Source: Amoebophrya sp. A120
Taxonomy: Eukaryota > Protista > Dinoflagellata
Direction: 5' to 3'
DNA length: 64,000 nt
Assembly: GCA_905178155.1 (NCBI GenBank)
Contig: CAJINV010000004.1
Location: 8,145,239 to 8,209,238 of the forward strand
Every line of letters begins with the position of its first letter. Within the stretch, counting starts at the first letter, position 1. Of this stretch, positions 48,301-59,152 are shown piece by piece. The notes beneath the pieces were generated by a model. The model ran no database searches. It was not told the DNA's origin and saw only the letters and a list, made by a program, of their open reading frames with translations. The position numbers were made by a program, and so were the translations under genes.

Positions 48301-51300
48301 AAGAGGACGACAGCGACGAATTTTCTCCGCTGTCCATCAGTGGCCCCGGCGGAACGATATTGAACAATCCGCTGTTGCAGGATTTTCAGGTGATCAGCAA
48401 ATCGAGCCCGTTGCTAGATGCGCCTTCCAATAATTTCGGAGGACCAAGTGGCGGCGGCGGGGACAACAATACAACTTCGATGTTGCAGCAGCCGGGCGGA
48501 GGAATACAACAACAACCGGGTGGTAGTACGACTGGAAATTCATCTTCCACCACCTTCTCAGAGCCGTATCAAGTCGACCGACATGTCTTAGTAGATTCCG
48601 ACGTCTACAAGGATTTTTTCGCGATTGTCAGCGAGGACTTGCATTTCCAGGATATTTACACGTCTTCGGAGCTGCGACCCACCGGGAACAAAAATAAGTC
48701 GTGGAACACCTACGCGAGCAGCGCTGTCCACCAAAATACTAACCGTAGACCAACCAAAAACTCCTCCGCAGTAGAGCAGGTGTACGAATTTGGACGGGAG
48801 CACGACATTTCTCCCCCTGAGGATATCGACGATTTGAACCAGTTTAATATTTTTCTGCCCAAAACAAGCAGGAGCAACTCCGTGGTCCACCAGCTAGAGG
48901 TTCCGGGTAGTTGTAATGTGGTTCCTCGCAAAGACACCATGAATTCCACTGTAAGCGAACAGGACCAGGATATAAATTTTGCTGCGTCAAATACCAAGCG
49001 AAAAAACACACGGAGCGACTCGGTTTTTTCCACCGCTGCTGCTAGTGCGGCTGGACTACAGCAGTCCGGACTACATGAGGCTGAACAACCAGGGGCCGCT
49101 CAAGAACCGCAACCGCAGTCTGCTGGAGCATCAGCAGCACGTGGTGCCAATAGAAACAAAGCTCCCCCGCCGCCGCCGGCTTCCCAACCCAATTTGGTCG
49201 TCCGAGCGGTTTTTCCGAAACTCCTGCTCGATTACGACGGTGTCACTTTACCAGACTTCTCCAAAGCCCTCCACCTGCTTTCGGAGTTTCGCGAGCACCG
49301 GCCGTGGCGGTTTCCGAACAAGGAGTTGAATTTCGTTTTCCTCCCGTTCCCGCATTTGGGCCTCGGCGTCCACGCCGACGCAAACTACGCGGACGCGTAC
49401 GAGTACCCGACGATCTATGGAAGGAACTTCGTCTGTCTGGATTTGTCCTTCCTCTATCATTTGTAAAAACGTCCCCACCCCGTAGTTGTAATGCAATTCT
49501 GCATGCTGAAGATGTTTCTCATGTGGAGCCCCATGAGAAGCGTTTTCTAGTCGGGTTTCGGAATTTGTCATGCTCCAATTAGAGTGATATGCCGGATTTG
49601 TGATGCTAGTGAGCTAGCCAAACAGGATTACACTACGAGGCCAAACTTGTCATGCGCAACACTCATACCTTGTGGATTTGTCTAGCAGATTTCCCATCTT
49701 GACTAGGGGGTGGGAACGTTTTTACATAGGATATCCTCGGCGCCTTCTCCATCCCGGACATCGAGCACCGCAGCCACTTGTTGCACGCGTGCGTGTATGC
49801 ATTGCAATAAAACGATATCGTACTAGTATAAATTGCATTACAAATTTTGTCAAGAACAAAACTGGAGTTTGTCATGCTATATCAGGTAGAAAGTTCGATT
49901 TGTCATGCTATAGACTGCAATTACTACAGGGTGCGATACTTTTGAAGAGCCTATAGTGTGACGTACGCGTACCTGAAGCAGTTGGAGCACATAATTCCGG
50001 CGGGCTGGATCACCGCGGGACTGTATCTGTACCTGGCGGACCTGATTGAGGCGAAAATTCTCGGACGCTTGAAAATGCAGGAGCGCGTGCTCGGGCGCGT
50101 GCAGAGCAAAACCCGGAGTATTCTCCAGCTCCCCCCGGAGACCGCTTTCTACCGGGAAAACAAGCCGCCCCTCGAGAAGCCGCCGCCAAAGCACGCGCTG
50201 GGGAGTTGGAAAGACCCGCCGTTCTACGGCCGGCGGGACGCGGCGTTGATTTTTCACGAGATGTTTCGGGTGTACCAGTCACTTACAGTACAGGAACTGC
50301 TGGAGGTCGTGGAGTGTTTGGACAACGACTTCTTCGTGAACGAGGCAGACGGTGGCGGGACTGCACCTGGAGATCATGCTGCTGGCTCTTCCTCAGCAGG
50401 AGGCCCCGAAACATCCGCCGGGATCATGCCAGCCACCGGGAACTATAACCAGACCGGCAGTAGCAACTCGACCGGAAAGACGAAAGCTGGCGCCGCCAAC
50501 AGCAGCGGGTCGGCCAGTGCAGCTGGTGAACAAAATAGACGAAAAACTGCTGCCGGTTCTCCAGGAACAACTTCAGGTAGTACTGGTTCCCCGTCGCAGC
50601 TGCCCCGCTGCACGACGTCGAGTATTCAAAGACTCCTGGAACGGCACACCCAGCCTGAGCACCTCGTCTCCCCCACCTCGTTCTTGCAAATGTGGGTTTT
50701 TGGAGTCGATTTCCCAAAAGTGGACCTCCACTGGTACATGTCACCGGAAATAAACAGTAGTTCTACGAAAGGACCACCTGCCGGCATGAGGATGGATGAC
50801 AAGCAAGGCAAAGCTTCAGGCGATTTGAACGCCTTACGGAACAACGGTAACCTCCGTGGCGGGGGGACCACAAGTGGTGTTCCTGCCGCACAACAAAACC
50901 AGCCTGGGCAACAGCAGCACCGGTCCGACCCATCCACCAACCCGGAGAACAACAACAACAACAAAAACAAACGGGAGCTGCGCATCCAGATTCGCCAGAC
51001 CCCCGCCTACCGGACCGCACTCCCCGCCGGCAACGAGCTCCTGTACCGGAAAGCGTCCGTGCGGCTGCCGCTATGAAGTACAAATATGTCTGGGTCTGGA
51101 AGGGTGCGAACTTGTGATGCGCATTTCTCAACACACACAAATCTCTCATGCAGAGGCAGCAAAAGATGCCCACTTCCTGTCACCAAAATCGGGGATTTGT
51201 CATGCGGATTAGGCAATACGGAAGCTTTTCGAAATCTGTGATGCTAGGGCTTTCATGACGGACATTCTGCGTCATGCAAAAACAGCATGACAAAAAACTG

Positions 51301-54300
51301 CATTCTTCCAGACACAAACATATTTGCAATTGATAGCCGCTGCTCGAGACCCAAATCGTCCGCAAGCCGCACGACAAAGTGCCCTGGCTGCACTGGGCGG
51401 GGTATCCTGTGTAAAAACGTCCCCACCCCAGAGTTGTCATGCAAATCTGCATGCTGAGAATGTTTCTCATGCGGAGCCCCATGAGAAGCATTTGCCAGCC
51501 GTGTTTTGGAAGTTGTCATGCTCCAATCAGCATGATACACGAGTTCTGTGATGCTGCTGAGCTAGTCCAAACAGCACTCACTACATTACGAGTCCAAATG
51601 TGTCATGCAAAACAGTCAAAACTTGTGGATTTGTCTAGCCGAGTCCCCATCTTGAATATGGGGTGGGGACGTTTTTACATAGGACACGGGGGTCTGCTGC
51701 TTCGACGTTTGCAACTGCTACGGGCAGGTGATCGCGGTGGTGAAGTTTAAGTTCCCCGAAATCACGAACAGCAAGGAGGCGATCAAGCTCCGCAAGGAAT
51801 TGCAGCACGACGACACCAGCTTATATGAGCAGAGCTGCTCGTACTTTTTTGACGATAGAAACGGCATGGACAAGCGGCAAACGCCCTGCTTCATAATCCC
51901 AAAATCCATCTGGACGCAGTCCCTGCTCCGGATCTACAACCTGCCGATGGAAAGCTGGAAGCGGGCGGCGCAGTTTTCGGGAAGTTTGCGCATGGAGCAC
52001 CTGTGCGTGCAGCAGTTCCAGATCTTGAAAGCCACGCCCTGGCTGCGCAGCATCGCGAAACAGGATGTGCGCGGCCCGAGCCTGTCCGTCCGCCGTGCCG
52101 CCATTAAGGCCCTGGTCGACCTGGCCACGGTCACCGACGAACAGCGACGGACGACGGGCACGAAGAATTCCATTGCCGGGGCGGCGGCCCCCGACGTGAA
52201 CAAGTCGATCGGATTGGACGCGTATCCTATGTAAAAACGTCCCCACCCCAGAGTTGTCATGCAAATCCGCATGATCAAAATGTTTCTCATGCGGAACCCC
52301 ATGAGAGGCATTTTCTAGTCGTGTTGTGGAATTTGTGATGTTAGAGCCAGCGTGATATGCTAGATCTGTGATGCTACTGAACTAGCTAAAACAGGATCAC
52401 GCTACGAGTCCAAACTTGTCATGCTCGCCAGCCAAAACTTGGAGATTTGTGTTGCAGATTTGCCAACTTGACTGTGGGGTGGGGACGTTTTTGCTCAGGA
52501 TAACGCGCTTCTGTTGCTCAAGGGACGGTTCGGGGGCACGAAAGCTTCTGGAGGCACAAGGACGACACAGAAGGGGACCAGAAGGCCCCACTGCGGGCGG
52601 TTCGTCACAACCTTGCAGTTACTGGATTCCGTGATGAAGCGGTGCTACAAGAAGGCGTCTGACATCGCCCACGAATTTCGCACGATTCAGGCGAAGCGTA
52701 CCAGTAAGGCTGCCGCACGACAACCCGCCGGCACACTGGAGCAGCAGCAGAGGTTTGGTTCTGCCGCGGCGCTGACCCGGTTTCAGCAGCTGTATCAAAT
52801 GCAAAAATGTGTGGGTCTGGAAGAATGCAACTTGTGATGCGTATTTCAGAACACAGAACAGTCTCGCATGCATATATAGCAAATAAAGCTCCCCACTTTC
52901 TGCCAGCAAAATAGGGGACTTGTCATGCGGATTCGGCATTGCGGAAGCTTCTCGAAATCTGTGATGCTAGAGCTTCCATGCCAGACCTTCGGTGTCATGC
53001 AAAAACAGCATGACTCTTCCAGACCCAGACACTTTTGCATTTGATAAGCTGGCACGAGAAGTGATGATGCCGGCTGGCGGGGCTCTGGGGAAGTATCAAA
53101 GGTAAAAATGTCTGGGTCTGGAAGATTGCGACTTGTCATGCTAAATCCGAATCATACAAAAATCTGTGTTGCATGAGTGCCAAAAGCTGTCCACTTTCGA
53201 CCGAGTTGGGAGGGAGTTTTTCATGCAGGATAGGCATGACAGAGACGTTGCAGAGACTGTCATGCGAGGTCCCGCATTCCTGACCCCATGGGCCATGGAA
53301 AACATGCATGACAAGTTTATAATCTTCCAGACCCAGACATATTTGCAATGCATAGCAAAAAAGATAAAACGAACTCCCTCGTTCCACCTGGGCAGAACCA
53401 AATGCGAGCTGCAGTGGGCGACAAACGCAAAACAACTAGTAACGTCGCATTGTTACACCAGATGAAAAATAAATTGAAGCCGTATCAGCTGCGGCAAATG
53501 CATCCGCGACAATTGCAACTCTACTCGATGCGGACGAAGCAACTCCTCCGCCACAAGAATAAAGTGAATAAACAAACTATGGAAGCGTCAGGATTGAAAT
53601 CGTCAAAGTTGAAATAGTTTGTGATGCATAAAATGCAACCCACAAAGTGCCTGTCTTGCAGAGTACGGAAGGGAGGCAGATTGTAAGCCTGTTGAGGGGT
53701 AGAAATAGAGCTGCTAAAGTAGCATGACAAAAGGCGTCTTCCTTACCCAAACAGCACTACAAACTGGATTTAGGCACCACCAAGATTTGTCATGCGCCAC
53801 TTGAAAACTGGGCTCCAACTGGCATTCATTTTATGCATGACAAATCATTTCAACTTTGTCGATTTCGATCCTGACAGTTCCATACAAACCAAGCCGACTG
53901 GTGTGGTTCCCGAGTCGGTCATTTTCGCCCAGCTTTTGAGTAAACTCCTCCTGATGGCCAACAACCACACCGTCCACGCCGAGGTGGTGAAAGCGGCGCT
54001 CCCCGGGTTCCAAGCGCTCAGCCGCATATGTCCGAAGTTCGACTTTGCACAGTGGCTGCTGCAGGAGTATTTTTTCTTTCCGACCACCACGACTGTCGGG
54101 GGAGGCGGTGCGACAGGAGCGGGTGCTGGTATCGTTGCAACCACAACTTCTGCCACCCCGACTGCAGCGGGGGTCTCAGGTGGAGGAGCAAGTGGTACTA
54201 AAGGCTCTATCAAATGCAAAAATGTCTAGGTCTGGGAGGTTCCGACATTTGTCATGCAGTTTTTTCAAGCTCCCCCACGTCTGGAATGCAGGGCCTAGCA

Positions 54301-57300
54301 TCACAGGTCCTGCAGCTCCTTGGTGATGCGTATTCTGCATGAGAAATGCCCTCTCTGCATGGCCAGAAGTGGGCACCTTTTGCACGTTCTGCATGACAGA
54401 TCTCTGTAGGATCCGAAACACGCATCACAAGTTCGGATCCGTCCAGACCCATACATATTTGCATTTGATAGGCTCGAAAATCACACGACCGGCGTACCTG
54501 GAAGGGATCGATTCGTGTTTGACCGGTAGTAACAAACGGCAGTTGATTCAGCAAGCCGCGATCCACTACTTGAAGCGAAAAGGGGCGAGTACCTTGGAAA
54601 AGATCCTCCAGTTCAACAGCGCGTGCCTATTGTGAGGAAAAATGTCCCCTCCCCGTATTGAAAGCGCATCCATCTGAAAACTTGTGATGCAGATTTGTGA
54701 CCACAAATCGCGTCTGTCTTGCAAGAAGGCTGTCCGAAACGTTATGCAGGCGATTTGTAATGCTGTAGGGCCGACAAGGCAGCCGTCTGCCGTGCTAGGC
54801 GCCTACACCAAAAGGCCCCTACCTAGGCTTGCGATCTGCGTGCAGTGCTCTAGTGCAACACAAATTTGATTTGTGTACTCAAATACAGCATCACAGATTT
54901 CGTTTTCTATATAGGCAGGGGGGATTTTTCCTTTTGATAGTGCTGGGGCTTCCCTTTCAACCGAGCTGTGCGGAAAGTTACGGTGCTGGAGCTGCGGCGG
55001 AGCGGCGCGTTCCCGTACATTGTCACGTGGAAGAAGCAGCAGGAAGTGAAGCAGGCGAATGGAGGAGACATGAATCAGCCCGACGCGAACGATGCGGTCG
55101 GCAAGGTCTTGGCGAAAAGTGGGGCGACTTTGACGGAACTGATGGCGGCGCACAAGTCAACCCTGATACAGACATTCAGCTACCCAAGCTTACAGCAGGC
55201 GATCGTGAGCCATGGGACAAACTTCTTGCGCCAACAACCACTGGCTGTAAAGACTAGTGGTACCGTGGCATACACCAGGACGAGCAAGGCGAGGTATGTG
55301 CTTTCCTCCGGGATTGGAAGATCATCGCAGCTGTATAGGACCCAACCTCCACACGAGATGAACAAACAAGCAAACAAAGTCCACCTGATGTCGAAGTTTT
55401 CGAACCAGCAACATGCAACTACCTCAAATAGAACTACTGCATCAAACGCAACTGCGCCACCCACCACCACTATCCCACGAAGAAAACTGTTTCACTGTGA
55501 TGATTTTGCAAGGTCTGCATCACAAGTTTGTTACGCATGACAGAGAAAACTTGGCATGCGTGCTTCCTAAGGGAAAACACAGCTAAAAATCCCATGTCTT
55601 GCATGTGTAGCAAGACAAATAGTTCTGTGTTCCATTTTCTGCATCACAGGTTTACACTGAAACAGTTTTTTCTTGCGATAATCACCATTTCCTCCCTCCC
55701 GGCCCTGTACGGCAGCCAAACGAGCTATGGAAGCGTCAGGATTGAAATCGTCAAAGTTGAAATTATTTGTGATGCATAAAATCGATACCAGCTGGAAGCC
55801 CAATTTCCCAGCGGCGCATGACAAATTTCGGCACCGTCTAAAGCCAGTTTGTCATGTTGTTTAGGGACAGAAGGCGCCTTTTGTCATGCTACTTTAGCAG
55901 CTCTATTCCAACCCCGAAACAGGCTCACAACCAGCCTCATTTGCCATCCCTGCAAGAGAGGCACTTCATGCCTTGCAATTTCTGCATGAGAAATTATTTC
56001 AACTTTGAGGATTTCAATCCTGACGCTTCCATACGAGCAGTCCTGAGTACCGCCTGCAAAAATTCCTCCTCACACCCTTCACTTGGTCGGATAAGCAGAG
56101 CTTACTCTCCGAAACTTGCCTCCGGTTCGCCTTTATGCTGCACAACGTGAAAGACCGCATCGCGGACCCGCGGGAACGGAAGCAATTCGAAAATTTCCTC
56201 CAGAAAGAACTCGCCGGGAAAAACTTGTGGCTGCTGCAGGCATTGTATGAGAGTGCACAATCCCCGTCCCCCTGATTTGTCATGCAAAGTACAAAGTTGC
56301 GCCTGGCCTATAGGCACTGTCTGCATGAGAAGTTCACTGGCAGCTCAAATAGCACTACAATCCTGTGCAAATTTGTCATGCAAAACCTGTATTCTTGCTG
56401 GCGCTTGTCCTGCCGTTTATGCAATACAAATGGGGGGGAGGGGGGCTATGTGCACATTCATACGTTGAAGCTCCCGATGATGCACCAACTGAAGGAGTTC
56501 GACGCGAATAACGGGTCGTATTACCTCCAACAACCGCGGCTCCTCCCCTATCACATGCAAAAATGTCTGGGTCTGGAAACTTGTAATGCTAAAAGTGGAT
56601 GATAGCCGGACTGCAATACGCAGCCAAGCATGACAAATTTTTGAGCTGCTATGTGTTGCGTATTCCGCATGAGAAACAACGTCTTCACATGACAGATAGG
56701 AGAGCCTTTTCGTGCCCATGCATCACAGATTCTCGAGTCTGTAGTGTCAGACATGCATGACGAATGTAAGAATCTTCCAGACCCAGACATATTTGCAATC
56801 CATATTCCCTCCGGCGAGACGAATTTCGCACGGCTCGCCCAGTACCACGGTTTACCCATGCCCGAGCCAAGCTGCCTGGCGAAAGCGGCGTTGCGAAATC
56901 AGCAGAGCAAGCGCCCGCTGCTGCTCTCGTCGTCGACGAGGATGCTGAATAACCCAGAGCTGTACAACAAAGCCCAAATGACCGGGTTTACCCCGGGCAT
57001 GAACCCGGATCTACACAAAGAACCGGACAAGCAGAAGCTGGAAGAACAGGCGGCGCGCATCGCCGCGAAGTCGTGGCTCGAGAAGTGCATGAACGTGCTG
57101 GGGCACATGCGGCTGGAGGCGCCGCACGATTACAGCAAGTTTGACGTGAACGTGCTGAACCAAATCCGGTCGCAGTACGCGTCCGAAGGGCCGCAGAAGG
57201 TGGAAAAGTTCATTCAGAAGTACCAGAAGACCATCCGGCCAAACCAACCGATCGACTTGATGGAGATCCGGACGAAACTGAAAAATTCCAACCCCCGTAT

Positions 57301-58217
57301 TGTGAGGAAAACTCCCCCCTCCCCGTATACTTGACAAGGCATTATTCTGAACATTTGTGATGCAGATTTGTCGTCGCAAATCATTTCTGTCTAGTGCAAG
57401 AATGCATATGTAATTGCCTAGGCCTGCGCCGCATCATGGAGGCGATTGGTCATGCTGTTGGGCCTGCAGGGCTGGCGTAAGTACTTAGGCGCTTCCCATG
57501 CTAAACAAGGCTAGGCCACTACGCTCCCAAACAGGCCAACAGTCTGGCTGCAGTTCTTCCTTACAGCAAGACAGTCCGCATTTGTGTAGTGCGCAAATCC
57601 AGCATGAGAAATTTCGTTTTTGGTATGGGGACGGGGGGTTTTCCATTTTGATACCCCGAGCGCTGAAAACGGCGCAGACGGAAGCGGAGCACATGGTGTC
57701 GCAGCAGGGCCAGTACAATATCAAATGCAAAAATGTCTAGGGCTGGAAGATTGCCAGGTTTGTCATGCATTTTTTGCATGACGCCTGATTGTTTGTGATA
57801 TATGCCCTAGCATCACAGATTTTTAGAACCCTAATGCCTATTCCGCATGAGAAATGCCCTCTCCGCGTAACACAAACTGGAGTCCTGTTGCTGGTCATGC
57901 AATACAGACTTTTTTGGAATCCGAAGACAGCATTGCAAGTTGCAATCTTCCAGACCCAGACACTTTTGCAGTTGATATGCAAGAACGAGCTGCAATTTAA
58001 ACAGGACATCAAAATGATGTTTGAAAACTGCGATCGCTTCAACCGGGACGAGAAAAACACCTTCCGGCAGGCGGGAAAGCGACTCGAGGAGATTTTCGCC
58101 CGGCTCTGGGTAGTTTTCTTTCCACCCGTCAAGCAACATGGGAGTAGCCTGAAGATTGCGGGCGCGCCGGTGGCGAAAAAGAGGCGACCGAACTCGGAGA
58201 GCGAGTCGGAGTCATGA
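45315..58217 (+). CDS. TAF2-like (M1-aminopeptidase-fold TFIID subunit) protein with a C-terminal bromodomain; 21 TIR introns
   Basis: NFVFLP..IYGRNFVCLDLSFL, GWITAGLYLYLADLIEAKILG and SVRRAAIKALVDL resemble TAF2. YQKTIRPNQPIDLMEIRTKL..YKNELQFKQDIKMMFENCDRFN..AGKRLEEIF is a clear bromodomain. The start may be the ATG at 45411. Confidence 0.7.
45608..45869. mobile_element. Introner family A
   Basis: Family A TIRs; DR atcga/atcga. Confidence 0.95.
45949..46255. mobile_element. Introner family B
   Basis: Family B TIRs; DR aatgc/aatgc. Confidence 0.95.
46686..46937. mobile_element. Introner family A
   Basis: Family A TIRs; DR cgcag/cgcag. Confidence 0.95.
47155..47417. mobile_element. Introner family A
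   Basis: Family A TIRs; DR aagcc/aagcc. Confidence 0.95.
47951..48230. mobile_element. Introner family C
   Basis: Family C TIRs; DR cgagc/cgagc. Confidence 0.95.
49455..49733. mobile_element. Introner family C
   Basis: Family C TIRs; DR tcctc/tcctc. Confidence 0.95.
49796..49955. mobile_element. Introner family I (about 160 bp)
   Basis: TATGCATTGCAA..TACTAGTAT...CGATACTTTTG..TATA; DR gcgtg/gtgtg; similar to 61593. Confidence 0.75.
51072..51335. mobile_element. Introner family A
   Basis: Family A TIRs; DR gccgc/gccgc. Confidence 0.95.
51403..51686. mobile_element. Introner family C (right end ACA)
   Basis: Family C TIRs; DR cgggg/cgggg. Confidence 0.9.
52223..52502. mobile_element. Introner family C
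   Basis: Family C TIRs; DR acgcg/acgcg. Confidence 0.95.
52793..53046. mobile_element. Introner family A
   Basis: Family A TIRs; DR agctg/agctg. Confidence 0.95.
53094..53354. mobile_element. Introner family A
   Basis: Family A TIRs; DR ggaag/gcaaa. Confidence 0.9.
53578..53884. mobile_element. Introner family D
   Basis: TATGGAAGCGTCAGGATTGAAATCGTCAAAGTTGAAA...TTTCAACTTTG..ATCCTGAC..TCCATA; DR caaac/caaac. Confidence 0.95.
54208..54470. mobile_element. Introner family A
   Basis: Family A TIRs; DR ggctc/ggctc. Confidence 0.95.
54628..54939. mobile_element. Introner family B
   Basis: Family B TIRs; DR gtgcc/gtgct. Confidence 0.9.
55471..55680. mobile_element. Introner family F (reverse orientation to 3785)
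   Basis: Ends CAGTTTTTTCTTGCGATA; DR accac/atcac. Confidence 0.85.
55726..56033. mobile_element. Introner family D (reverse orientation to 53578)
   Basis: Family D TIRs; DR cgagc/cgagc. Confidence 0.95.
56246..56462. mobile_element. TIR intron (singleton)
   Basis: TATGAGAGTGCACAATCCCC...GGGGCTATGTGCACATTCATA; DR cattg/cgttg. Confidence 0.85.
56549..56804. mobile_element. Introner family A
   Basis: Family A TIRs; DR tcccc/ttccc. Confidence 0.9.
57298..57653. mobile_element. Introner family B
   Basis: Family B TIRs; DR ccccg/ccccg. Confidence 0.9.
57719..57977. mobile_element. Introner family A
   Basis: Family A TIRs; DR tacaa/tgcaa; inside the bromodomain. Confidence 0.95.
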
Positions 58218-58252
58218 TAGAATACCTGAGTCGGAGTCATGATAGAATACCT
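58203..58252. repeat. 25-bp tandem duplication spanning the stop codon
   Basis: GAGTCGGAGTCATGATAGAATACCT twice. Confidence 0.9.
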
Positions 58253-58390
58253 ATGTCGGTGCTGCCATTTAAGTAGGCTGGATCGCAGCTGCGCAGTACT
58301 CTCGAAGAAGGTGGCTCGTGTAGTCCTCACGTCGTGTGACCAAGATGTTGTATGCAAAGAAGCGACAGATAGTAAAAAACGCATGCTGAC

Positions 58391-58443
58391 GTTCCATCAA
58401 TACGTCGTATTGATGGAACATCAATACGTCGTATTGATGGAAC
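58391..58443. repeat. Perfect palindrome with partial tandem duplication
   Basis: GTTCCATCAATACG-T-CGTATTGATGGAAC followed by a repeat of its last 24 nt. Confidence 0.9.
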
Positions 58444-59152
58444 GAATATATTGGTTGCAGAGGCGAGAAAAACAGATGCCGTGTTCAAGAGTTTTGATTG
58501 ATGGTGAATGTTCAAACAATGTGAGTCGTTTAATACTCCATTTTGATTTTGTTCTGCGCTTTTTGGATCTAGTAATCTCTGCAGATGAAGATCCCTGTTT
58601 TTGTCGATATTAAATCTGTAAAATCATTCCGATCGCAAAATCCGGCTTCAAAGTGGGTCCAAACAAGTCCGCAAAATTATTACGTAGGCGCCGCTTTTTT
58701 CATTAAAGGCAGTACAACTACAACATCTGCGCTCTGTATTAAAAATCGCCATCAAATCCAAATAATTTACCTCCGGATGAAAAATTCAAGGCAAAAATAA
58801 AAATTTGAACACGAAAATAAGGCCCTTTTTTTCGTCTTTCCGATCCGCAAAAGACGAACAAATTTTCCTTTGGTGTTGCTGATGTAGTATTTTTAGAAGT
58901 TCAGGCGCAAAGATAAATGGCGCTTGGGCAGCAACAGCAAGTGAACCGATTTCATTTCCATTCTCTATACCCACAAAAAACAGACAGTAAACGAGCCAGG
59001 TTTACGGGAAAATAAAGATCATGGCGGGAGCTGCACGGCTGCAAAACAATAGTGAAAATTCGGTTCATGGTCGTGGTGCAAGATGTAGAATTTTGTAGAA
59101 ATTATATCATGTACCTTCAGTGATTGAGTTTTAGTTAGAAATCACTCATCCC

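Noticed and set aside
1-58217. Genes as pseudogenes disrupted by MITEs
   Set aside because: Exons stay in frame and keep conserved motifs across up to 21 insertions, which points to functional genes.
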